DNA from: Candidatus Omnitrophota bacterium
Lineage (GTDB): Bacteria > Omnitrophota > Gorgyraeia > Gygaellales > Profunditerraquicolaceae
Length of the DNA: 63,929 nucleotides
Assembly (NCBI GenBank): GCA_028716705.1
Contig: JAQUPI010000005.1
Span: forward strand, 1 to 63,929
Direction of reading: 5' to 3'
Position numbers and translations under genes: made by a program
Notes under the pieces: model-generated
The model's database searches: none
Seen by the model: the letters and a program-made list of their open reading frames with translations, nothing else
Told to the model about the DNA's origin: nothing
Shown here: one piece after another, positions 46,347 to 54,131 of the stretch
How positions within the stretch are numbered: position 1 is the first letter of the stretch
How the letters are laid out: the number at the start of each line of letters is the position of its first letter

Positions 46347-46797
46347 CAAAAAAGGGTTTACCTTTATAGAACTCTTGATAGTCGTCATCATAGTGGCTAT
46401 TTTAACCGGCGTATCTGCGCCTAAATTAAAAAGGGCCTTTGATAACCTGAGCCTTCAAAATTTTGTAAAGGATATCTATTATTTAAGCTGTTACCTGCAG
46501 GCGCGCGCCATCAGCGAAGGAAGGACCTATTGTTTGAATATCGATAAGGATAGCGGGTTTTTGCGTCCGGCTTACCAGGAGGCCGACACAACTTTAAAGG
46601 AGATAACCGGCAGGTTCGGTAAAGGTCTCAATGTTCCGGAAGGCGTAATCATAACCGAGAGCCCTAAAGGCAAGGAGAGCATATTTTTTTATCCCGACTC
46701 GAGTGTGGATAAAGTAACTTTGGCCTTCGAGAATAAGAGTAAAGATACAGCGACGCTTCTCCTGAAAGGGATTTCCGGTGAAATCAAGATGCAATAA
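46327..46797 (+). CDS. Minor pseudopilin, GspH-like
   Basis: Start chosen at MIFVTNDKKG/FTFIELLIVVIIVAIL (the track start 46270 lies inside gspG). About 156 aa. Confidence 0.65.
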   Translation: MIFVTNDKKGFTFIELLIVVIIVAILTGVSAPKLKRAFDNLSLQNFVKDIYYLSCYLQARAISEGRTYCLNIDKDSGFLRPAYQEADTTLKEITGRFGKGLNVPEGVIITESPKGKESIFFYPDSSVDKVTLAFENKSKDTATLLLKGISGEIKMQ

Positions 46798-47167
46798 AGC
46801 TTTTAGTTTACTGGAGGCGTTGATCGCCACGGCGGTCGTTTCGGCCACAGTTATACTTATCTTCCGTTCTTTCGCCGCCGCTTTATCTTCCGCCCGTCTT
46901 AGCCTGAACATGAGTATGGCGAATTATCTGGCTGCCGATAAGTTATGGGAGATAGAAGAGGCCTGCGCGGTTAAAGGCGGTATCCTGCCCGGACCAACTT
47001 CCGCGAAAATAGCCGGGACTGATTTTGATTGCGGTTATGAGATAGCGGATATTGACGGCTCTTTCGCGGATTTAAAGCGGTTAAAGCTGGTTATCTCCTG
47101 GAGGGAGAGTATGCGTCTTGGAGATTATTCCGTGGATTTCCTGACTTACCTGAGGCCCAGGCAATGA
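46778..47167 (+). CDS. Minor pseudopilin, GspI-like
   Basis: 129 aa, GTG start. MKSRCNKA/FSLLEALIATAVV. Confidence 0.6.
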   Translation: MKSRCNKAFSLLEALIATAVVSATVILIFRSFAAALSSARLSLNMSMANYLAADKLWEIEEACAVKGGILPGPTSAKIAGTDFDCGYEIADIDGSFADLKRLKLVISWRESMRLGDYSVDFLTYLRPRQ

Positions 47168-47748
47168 AAAAAGGAATAACCCTGCTTGAGCTTTTGATAA
47201 CATCTTCGATCTTTTCCGTGATCATATTGAGCTTATACTCGGCCATGCATACCGGCATCATGAGTTATAACAGGTTGGATTCAGCTTCCCGGGCGTATCA
47301 TTCCGCCAGGCTTATCCTCGACAGGCTTGAGCGAGATCTGAGCGGCGCGTTTATTTATTCGGTGGATGGGGCTTTTTTCAAGGGGTCAGTTTCCGAAGTC
47401 GAGTTCTTTAAAAGCGGCCCCGATGAGGATCTTTGCCGCGTTAGATACACTTTTAACGGTGAAGTTTTGGAACGCGCCTGTTATCACGGAATGGAAGCGT
47501 TAAGGCGCGAGCCTGAGGTTCCGGCGGAGGAATTATCCGGCAATGTCAAGGAGATCGCTTTTGAATACGCTTCTTTAGCCCTGAACCCGCAGGGCCGCGG
47601 ATGGCAGAAGTCCTGGCCGCAGGAGAATAACGCTTCAGAAGCGTTCTCTCTTCCGCCAGCCGTCAAGGTAAGACTTTTACTGATCGATCCGGGAAAGCGC
47701 AAAAACCCCGCTTTATTGGAAGTAAGCCGGGTTATACCTTTGCATTAG
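47164..47748 (+). CDS. Minor pseudopilin, GspJ-like
   Basis: 194 aa. MKKG/ITLLELLITSSIFSVI. ATGA overlap with the upstream gene. Confidence 0.6.
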   Translation: MKKGITLLELLITSSIFSVIILSLYSAMHTGIMSYNRLDSASRAYHSARLILDRLERDLSGAFIYSVDGAFFKGSVSEVEFFKSGPDEDLCRVRYTFNGEVLERACYHGMEALRREPEVPAEELSGNVKEIAFEYASLALNPQGRGWQKSWPQENNASEAFSLPPAVKVRLLLIDPGKRKNPALLEVSRVIPLH

Positions 47749-47757
47749 AGGATCGGA

Positions 47758-48759
47758 GTGAAAGATAAAGGTTCTGTGTTGATGATAAGTATGTGGATCG
47801 TGGTAATTTTGGCGATGATGGCCGTAGGCTTGGGTTGGCGGGCCTCGATCAATTTAAAGATGAGCGGTATGCAAAGAGACAGGATGAAGGCGTATTTCCT
47901 GGCGAAGGCGGGATTGCAAAGAGCGATCCTGGAATTAGAGAGCGATAAAAATGATTTTGACAGCCTTAATGAAACCTGGAGCAGCGGTAAGGATCACATG
48001 GGAAAGAGCGTCTTTGAGAATATCGGGATTGGGGAAGGCCCCGGCGGGTCTTTCAGCGTCGGAATAATCGATGAAGACAGCCGGATAAATGTGAATACGG
48101 CTCCGGCATTGCTGATAACCGCGCTGTTGAAAGAATGCGGGATCTCTTCCGAAGAAGCGAACGGGCTAAGTGAGTATATTTGTCTTTGGCGGGGAGACGA
48201 TAACCCTGGTTATAAAAAAGAAGCACAACCGGTATTATTTAAGAGATCTCCCCTGATGAATAAAGCGGAGTTATCGGCGGCCTTCGAATGCTTTTATGAA
48301 AGATCCGGCAGGGATGATTACCTTTTACAAGCCAAGGCCTTATACGCAAAGTTGAAAGATTTGATCACGGTTTACCCGGCGAAGGGAGAAGCTAAAGTGA
48401 ATATAAATACGGTAAGCGCGGCCGCGCTTAAGCCGTTGATAGATAGAGCCCTTGCCAGCCTGCGCGCCGAAGGACAGGATATCAGCTTCGATCCGTCAAC
48501 CTTAAGGGAGAAGATCCTGGAGCACCGCGAGGATAATAATTTCAGCGATACAAAACTGAGAGAAGCTATAGATATAAGCGGACCGGATGAAACAGCCTGC
48601 GAAATGATCTTAAGCAAATTAGAAGAGTCGATCAAGACAAGATCGCGGGAATTCTTGATTACGGTCAGGGCAGAGGCCGCCAAGGCCGGAGCCACGCGCT
48701 TAATTAAGTGCGTCTATGACCGGGAGGATGACAAGGTAGTTTATTGGTCTCAAAATTAA
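47758..48759 (+). CDS. gspK: GspK-like minor pseudopilin
   Basis: 333 aa, GTG start. GSVLMISMWIVVILAMMAVGL; IIDEDSRINVNTA (the typical GspK D-E-x-x-K/R-hydrophobic-N-hydrophobic-N motif); helix-hairpin-helix-like region. Confidence 0.75.
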   Translation: MKDKGSVLMISMWIVVILAMMAVGLGWRASINLKMSGMQRDRMKAYFLAKAGLQRAILELESDKNDFDSLNETWSSGKDHMGKSVFENIGIGEGPGGSFSVGIIDEDSRINVNTAPALLITALLKECGISSEEANGLSEYICLWRGDDNPGYKKEAQPVLFKRSPLMNKAELSAAFECFYERSGRDDYLLQAKALYAKLKDLITVYPAKGEAKVNINTVSAAALKPLIDRALASLRAEGQDISFDPSTLREKILEHREDNNFSDTKLREAIDISGPDETACEMILSKLEESIKTRSREFLITVRAEAAKAGATRLIKCVYDREDDKVVYWSQN

Positions 48760-48761
48760 AG

Positions 48762-50099
48762 ATGAGTAAATTATTCGTTTGCCAGGTTGAAGGGGATTCC
48801 GTAAAGCTGATCATTATGCGGGGCCGAAAAGGAGAGGCCGCGCGCTACCGGCAGTTGCCGTTAAAAGATCTTGTTCCGGAATTAAAGAGGCTCGGTTTTA
48901 ACAACGATAATATGATCTTTTCTTTGCCGCGAAGCCTTGCCGCCTCACGCTACATAAAAATACCTTCGCATTCCCCTCCGGAAATCGAAAGGATGGTAAA
49001 TCTTCAGGCCCCGAGATTCCTTCCTTACCCCGCGGAGGAGCTGATCACCGGGTTTGAAATAGTATCTTTGGAAAAGGACGGCTCTTCCCGGATAAATCTT
49101 GCCATCGCGCAAAAAGACACGATCAACCGTTTGTTGGGATCATTAAGCGGGTTAAAAAGGGCCAAAATAGATGTTTTCATCAGTTCGTACGGGCTTTGCG
49201 GCCTTTATAATCATTTTATCCCGAAGGGTAAGGGCGCTACGGCGCTTATTGACGCGGACGCGGGGGGAATGGAATTAGCCGTTGTTTTAAACGGAAAACT
49301 CGCTTTCAGCCGCCATTCGAAATTTGACGCTTCTCCGGGCTGGAAGAGTTTTTTTATCGAAGAGCTGAAGAAAACCAGGGATTCTTACGCTAAGGAAATT
49401 TCGCCCGAGCCCTGGCAGAGAATATATGTATTCGGGAAAACCGCGTTTTCGGAACAGGTCAAAGGGGTCCTGAATGAGCAGGCCCAATACCCCGTCGAAG
49501 CCGTAACGTATGGAAATTCAGCGGATTCCGAGGCTTCCTTTGCCGCGTTGACCGGGTTAGGGTTGAAGAAAACGAAGGATGATTATTTCAGCCTGCTGCC
49601 CGCGGATCTAAAAGCGGGATACAGGAGGATAGCGCGAAGAAAAAAGGCCGCCAGGATAATTATCTGCGCCTGCGCCGTGGTACTTATAGTTATTTCCGCC
49701 TTCTCGAGGAATTTAAGGGCTAAGGCTGAATATGCCAAAGAGCTCAAAGAGCAGGCCGCCAGAATGGCAATAGAGGCTAAGCCTCTTGAGCGGATAGAGA
49801 AGGCCTTAAGGGTGATGGAGAGCCGCAGGAAGCCGGATATGATCGCGCTTAACGCGCTGTTCGAGCTGCATCAAGTCACGCCTGAAGGGATCTATCTGTA
49901 TAGTTTTAATTTTGAAGAGGGTAACGGCATCAGTGTCCGCGGACAAGCGCAGGAGCTTAATTCGGTATTTGAATTTCTTTCCTCCATGGAAAGATCGCCG
50001 GCCTTCAAGCGCTTCGGCCTGAAGGTAAAATACGCCGCGCATAAAAAGACACAATCGGGAGAAACCGTGGATTTCGAGATCTTTGGTTTAAAGAGATGA
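48762..50099 (+). CDS. PilM-like cytoplasmic domain fused through one TM segment to a PilN-like periplasmic domain (GspL/MshI-like)
   Basis: About 445 aa. N-terminal actin-like part (FSLPRSLAASRYIKIP, LIDADAGGMELAVV). TM segment AARIIICACAVVLIVISAF. C-terminal PilN-like fold. An alternative TTG start at 48744 is possible. Confidence 0.7.
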   Translation: MSKLFVCQVEGDSVKLIIMRGRKGEAARYRQLPLKDLVPELKRLGFNNDNMIFSLPRSLAASRYIKIPSHSPPEIERMVNLQAPRFLPYPAEELITGFEIVSLEKDGSSRINLAIAQKDTINRLLGSLSGLKRAKIDVFISSYGLCGLYNHFIPKGKGATALIDADAGGMELAVVLNGKLAFSRHSKFDASPGWKSFFIEELKKTRDSYAKEISPEPWQRIYVFGKTAFSEQVKGVLNEQAQYPVEAVTYGNSADSEASFAALTGLGLKKTKDDYFSLLPADLKAGYRRIARRKKAARIIICACAVVLIVISAFSRNLRAKAEYAKELKEQAARMAIEAKPLERIEKALRVMESRRKPDMIALNALFELHQVTPEGIYLYSFNFEEGNGISVRGQAQELNSVFEFLSSMERSPAFKRFGLKVKYAAHKKTQSGETVDFEIFGLKR

Positions 50100-50638
50100 C
50101 CCAGAGGATAAGAAAGATCATGAGCAGGCGCGAAAAAATGCTTTTATACGGAGCGGTATGCGTACTTTTTTCATACTTTTTCCTGCGTGTGATCATCTTT
50201 CCGATGATAAAAAGATACAGCGAATTGAACAGCGAAATACGCGTCAACAGGTTGAAATTACAAAAATACGCCCGGCTCTTATCGCAGAAGGATTCCATCC
50301 TCGCCAAGAATGACAGCCTTTCCAAGATCATGATCCTTTCTAAGGAAGAGGGGAGTTCCTCGGTCAGCGCCCTTTCCGAACTGGAAAACCTGGCGAAAAA
50401 CGCGAATATCCTGATCCTCGAGATCCGTCCTCAGTCCGTGAAAAGCACCTCATTACATAAAGAGATGGATATCGAATTAAAGACAGAGGGGGGTTTGCGG
50501 GATTATTTGAAATTTATGTATGATATTGAGCACTCCTTATCGTTATTAACTGTAAAAAAACTAAAGCTTAGCAGCCAGCCTAATACCCAAACGATTGAAG
50601 GCCTCTTCAGCATTTCCCAGCTTTCTATAACAGAGTAA
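50096..50638 (+). CDS. PilO/GspM/MshJ-like inner-membrane assembly protein
   Basis: 180 aa. One TM segment (LLYGAVCVLFSYFFLRVIIF), a coiled coil and a C-terminal alpha/beta part (LRDYLKFMYDIEHS). Confidence 0.6.
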   Translation: MTQRIRKIMSRREKMLLYGAVCVLFSYFFLRVIIFPMIKRYSELNSEIRVNRLKLQKYARLLSQKDSILAKNDSLSKIMILSKEEGSSSVSALSELENLAKNANILILEIRPQSVKSTSLHKEMDIELKTEGGLRDYLKFMYDIEHSLSLLTVKKLKLSSQPNTQTIEGLFSISQLSITE

Positions 50639-50663
50639 ATGAAGAAATTGTTTAAAAAAATGA

Positions 50664-50706
50664 TTGACAAAGTTTCGAGAGATGATATGCTCTCTACCTA
50701 GAGAGC
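50664..50706 (+). promoter_or_regulatory. Internal promoter TTGACA-16-TATGCT with an overlapping perfect palindrome GCTCTCTA-CC-TAGAGAGC (operator candidate)
   Basis: ttgaca at 50664-50669; tatgct at 50686-50691; inverted repeat at 50689-50706. The MerR-like gene ATG is at 50720. Confidence 0.55.
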
Positions 50707-50719
50707 ATAAGGTAATAAT

Positions 50720-50941
50720 ATGCGTAATGTATACTTGATCAAGGACTTAGCCCGCATTACCGGCTATTCTATCCACACACTTAAATTCTATCTGAAAACG
50801 GGTTTAATCAAGGAAGCCAGCCGCAGTCCCGAGACCAGGTACCGTTATTTCGACGACGCCAATGTCGAACAGTTAAAAAAGATCCGCACCCTGAGAAAGT
50901 CGGGAAAATCCCTGCGCCAGATCAAAGATGAGCTACTATAA
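50720..50941 (+). CDS. Mini MerR-family HTH protein (DNA-binding domain only)
   Basis: 73 aa. YLIKDLARITGYSIHTLKFYLKTGLI..RYRYFDDANVEQLKKIRTLRKSGKSLRQIK. No effector or long coiled-coil region. Confidence 0.75.
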   Translation: MRNVYLIKDLARITGYSIHTLKFYLKTGLIKEASRSPETRYRYFDDANVEQLKKIRTLRKSGKSLRQIKDELL

Positions 50942-51752
50942 GCTATTTGACCTTCAGAGGGAGCCTTTTTCGACAAGCCCTGACCCGGAATTTTTCTTTC
51001 ATTCCCACAGCCACGGAACAGCGCTTAAGCGTTTAGAGATATCCGTGCGCCTTCGCCGCGGCTTAAATCTTATTTTAGGCGATGTGGGTACCGGAAAGAC
51101 AACGCTGGCTCGCGCGTTCCTGAATTCGTTTTCCGGTGAAGATAACTATATATTCCACATGATCCTTGATCCGGGTTATAAGTCCGAATTCCAATTTCTT
51201 TTTGCCCTGGTGAAGATGTTCGGTATTTCCGTCCCCTTCAAGTCCACGCTGGATTTCAAGGAAGAGCTGGAGAAGTACCTCTTTCAGAAAGGCGTGGATG
51301 AGAATAAAACCATTGTGCTGGTCATTGACGAGGCGCAGAAGATAAACAGCGAGAATCTGGAGGTATTAAGGACGCTTCTGAATTTCGAGACTAATGAATT
51401 TAAGCTTCTCCAGCTGGTTCTCATCGCGCAGACGGAAGTCCTGCCCAGAATAACGCGGATACGTAATTTTATGGACAGGATAGCGTTGAAGTACACCATT
51501 AACCCGCTGGATGAGAAGGAAACCAGGGAGATGGTCCAATTCCGGTTAAGGCAGGCGGGGTATAATAATAAGAAAGAGCTTTTCTCGGAGGAGGCATCAA
51601 AACTTATATACCAGGCCACGCAGGGCTACCCCCGCAAGATATCCATGCTCTGCCATGACGCCCTGGAGGCGGCCGTAATGCGGGAACGCGATTCCGTGGA
51701 CGCGGATATGATCAGATATATAATCGAACGCGAAAGAAGAAATGAAGGATAA
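50928..51752 (+). CDS. ExeA/GspA/MshM-like AAA+ ATPase (ATPase module only)
   Basis: 274 aa. Walker A GDVGTGKTTL; Walker B VLVIDEAQ; LVLIAQ. 14-nt overlap with the MerR-like gene. No TM segment or peptidoglycan-binding domain. Confidence 0.8.
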   Translation: MSYYKLFDLQREPFSTSPDPEFFFHSHSHGTALKRLEISVRLRRGLNLILGDVGTGKTTLARAFLNSFSGEDNYIFHMILDPGYKSEFQFLFALVKMFGISVPFKSTLDFKEELEKYLFQKGVDENKTIVLVIDEAQKINSENLEVLRTLLNFETNEFKLLQLVLIAQTEVLPRITRIRNFMDRIALKYTINPLDEKETREMVQFRLRQAGYNNKKELFSEEASKLIYQATQGYPRKISMLCHDALEAAVMRERDSVDADMIRYIIERERRNEG

Positions 51753-52272
51753 CGCTTCACCCGAAGAAAGATTATTAAAGCTGATCCGGGGAGAAAAGAA
51801 ACAGGGCCCGGCGCTTGACCGCCCCAAGGCGAACAAATTTATACCGTTTATCCTGCCGGCTGTATCAGCGATCCTGATCTTCGCGCTAGTCCTTCCCCGC
51901 TTTTTTCCTAAAAAAACCGATTTGGCCGTAGAGGAGAGAAAAGAGGACGCGGAAGCCTTGCCTCCGGCAGGCGAAGAGGCCAGGCCTTATGAGTATTACG
52001 CTCAGGGGCCGGCCCGTGATATTTTTGGGGCGCCGGCTTCTGATCCTTCCGCGGCTTCGGCGGTTAAGGGGGAGGCGCAGTCGTTTAATGATATTACCTT
52101 GATAGGTATCATCGGCGGCGAAAGCCCTCAGGCTGTCATAGAGGATAAAAAATCGCAGAAAACTTATACCCTTTCCGAGGGGCAGTTCCTGGGAGATTTC
52201 CAGGTAGAAAAGATACTGGAAGGCAAAGTTATTTTGATCTCCAACGGCCGCAGGTACGAGCTTAATATATAA
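51742..52272 (+). CDS. PilP / GspB / MshK-like single-pass protein
   Basis: 176 aa. TM segment FIPFILPAVSAILIFALVL. C-terminal ITLIGIIGGESPQAVIEDKKSQKTYTLSEGQFLGDFQVEKILEGKVILISNGRRYEL parallels the C-terminus of ORF 3028-3420. Confidence 0.55.
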   Translation: MKDNASPEERLLKLIRGEKKQGPALDRPKANKFIPFILPAVSAILIFALVLPRFFPKKTDLAVEERKEDAEALPPAGEEARPYEYYAQGPARDIFGAPASDPSAASAVKGEAQSFNDITLIGIIGGESPQAVIEDKKSQKTYTLSEGQFLGDFQVEKILEGKVILISNGRRYELNI

Positions 52273-52284
52273 ACCGGAGGAAAT

Positions 52285-54090
52285 ATGAGAAATAAACTTT
52301 TATCCTTTTTAATTATTTTAGCGCTTTCCTGGAGCAGCGCGTTTGCGCAGAATACCATCTCCCTCGACCTGAAAGGCATGGATATAGTGGACGCGTTAAA
52401 AATACTGGCCAGCCGGGCGGGTATGAATATCGTGGTCGGCAAGAATGTCTCCGGCAAGGTCACGCTTTTCCTGAAAGACGTCGACGTGCGGGAAGCGCTT
52501 GAGATAATCCTGCTCTCCAACGACCTGGCATGCGAAGAGAAAACGGGCATTATCAGCGTAATGACGCAGAGAGAATATGAGCTTATTTACGGCCGGCGCT
52601 ACCAGGAGAAGAAGTCGACGAAGGGTATTCAGCTGAAATACGCCAAAGCCGCTGATGTTTCCAAGGCCTTAAGCCAGATCAAGAGTAATGTTGGCAAGAT
52701 CGTGACTGATGAGGCATCCAATACGGTTTTTTTGGTAGATTCTACGGAAAAGATCGCGGAGATGGAGGAGGTAATTAAAAACCTGGATCTGCCCCTTGAG
52801 ACCAGGTTTTTTGCCTTAAACTACGCACAGGCGGATAAGCTCAACGCGAAGATACAGGATGTTTTATCAAAAGGCGCCGGTACAATGAAGATAGATGAGC
52901 GCACCAATAAGATAGCGGTAACCGACTATCCACGCAAACTTGATGAAATAACGGCGATAATCAACGCCTTCGACGAGAAGACCCTGCAGGTATTGATAGA
53001 CGCGCAGGTCATCGAAATAAAGCCTTCCGATAAATTCGAAATGGGTATCGACTGGGACTATTGGATAAAGAATCATTTTCGGGTCAGTTCCGCCTTGCCC
53101 GTGGGAACAACGGGAAGGCTTTTGGTAGGCACGGATAATACAACCCCCGCCAGCCCGGGAGATTATAAGGCGGTAGTCGACCTTCTGCGGACTATCGGAG
53201 ACATAAAAATACTCTCCAGCCCCAGGATCATGGCTTTAAATAACCAGGAGGCAAAGATCCATGTAGGGACAAAAGACGCTTACATCACCTCAACCACCTC
53301 TCAGGGCGGAACAGGCACGGCGATTACTTCGCAAAGCGTGAATTTCGTGGATACGGGGATAAAACTTTTTGTAACGCCTACAGTGAACAGGGACGGGTTC
53401 GTGACCATGAAGATAAGGCCGGAGGTGAGTTCGGCTACCCGGACGAATATCACATCCGAAGGCCAGATCACCCAGATACCCATAGTAAGCACTTCCGAGG
53501 CGGAAACCACCATAATGATCAAAGACGGAGTGACCGTGATCATCGGGGGATTGAAAAAGAATGAGCGCAGCAGGGAAGAGAAAAGGGTCCCTATCCTTGG
53601 AAGCATCCCGGTTTTGGGGTGGCTTTTTGGAAGCACGGTAGATGACGCCCGGAGCACAGACCTGGTTATTCTTTTGACGCCGCATATTGTGAGCGCGGAG
53701 AGGCCCTTTTCCGACTTCCGGGATTTAAAGACCGAAGACAGCATAACCGCCGAAATGGTTAAAGGAGAAATAATCATCGAAGGCCCGGCCGGCAATCCGG
53801 AAGAGGAAGAGCCCGGTTTCAGGAAACTTTCAGACTACCGGGGCCTTATCGCGGAAAGAATAAGCACCCTGGCGGCATTTGAGGATGACCGGGGGCAAAA
53901 AGGTAAAGTAGAGCTGTCCTTCGCGCTGAACGCCGACGGGTCCTTAAGCGGCGAACCTGTGGTGGTCTCTTCCACTAATAAAGCCCTGGACGACATATCC
54001 CTTCGCTCTGTAAAAAAAGCGTCTCCCTTCCCATACCTTCCTGAAGGAAAAGAAAAAGAAAATTTCCGGGTCAGCCTGCTGTACAAATAA
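52285..54090 (+). CDS. Secretin (GspD/PilQ/MshL family) with a C-terminal TonB_C-like domain
   Basis: 601 aa. Signal peptide ..SSAFAQ. N0-like ISLDLKGMDIVDALKIL. Secretin core LSSPRIMALNNQEAKI and VIIGGLKKN..VPILGSIPVLGWLFG. Tail YRGLIAERI..GKVELSFALNADGSLSGEPVVVSSTNKALDDISLRSVKKASPFPYLP. Confidence 0.85.
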   Translation: MRNKLLSFLIILALSWSSAFAQNTISLDLKGMDIVDALKILASRAGMNIVVGKNVSGKVTLFLKDVDVREALEIILLSNDLACEEKTGIISVMTQREYELIYGRRYQEKKSTKGIQLKYAKAADVSKALSQIKSNVGKIVTDEASNTVFLVDSTEKIAEMEEVIKNLDLPLETRFFALNYAQADKLNAKIQDVLSKGAGTMKIDERTNKIAVTDYPRKLDEITAIINAFDEKTLQVLIDAQVIEIKPSDKFEMGIDWDYWIKNHFRVSSALPVGTTGRLLVGTDNTTPASPGDYKAVVDLLRTIGDIKILSSPRIMALNNQEAKIHVGTKDAYITSTTSQGGTGTAITSQSVNFVDTGIKLFVTPTVNRDGFVTMKIRPEVSSATRTNITSEGQITQIPIVSTSEAETTIMIKDGVTVIIGGLKKNERSREEKRVPILGSIPVLGWLFGSTVDDARSTDLVILLTPHIVSAERPFSDFRDLKTEDSITAEMVKGEIIIEGPAGNPEEEEPGFRKLSDYRGLIAERISTLAAFEDDRGQKGKVELSFALNADGSLSGEPVVVSSTNKALDDISLRSVKKASPFPYLPEGKEKENFRVSLLYK

Positions 54091-54103
54091 ACAGGCGGCT
54101 CTT

Positions 54104-54129
54104 GGCTTTATGTGATATAATATAAAGCC
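54104..54129. promoter_or_regulatory. Perfect 8-bp inverted repeat GGCTTTAT-N10-ATAAAGCC enclosing TGaTATAAT; weak terminator and/or promoter/operator
   Basis: ggctttat at 54104-54111 and ataaagcc at 54122-54129. TGaTATAAT at 54113-54121 lies only 10 nt before ATG 54132, with no SD between. Confidence 0.45.
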
Positions 54130-54131
54130 AT

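Noticed and set aside
50639-50701. 20-codon ORF (MKKLFKKMIDKVSRDDMLST) starting right after the PilO-like stop
   Set aside because: It has no RBS, and it spans the predicted promoter and operator of the MerR-like gene. It is more parsimoniously non-coding.
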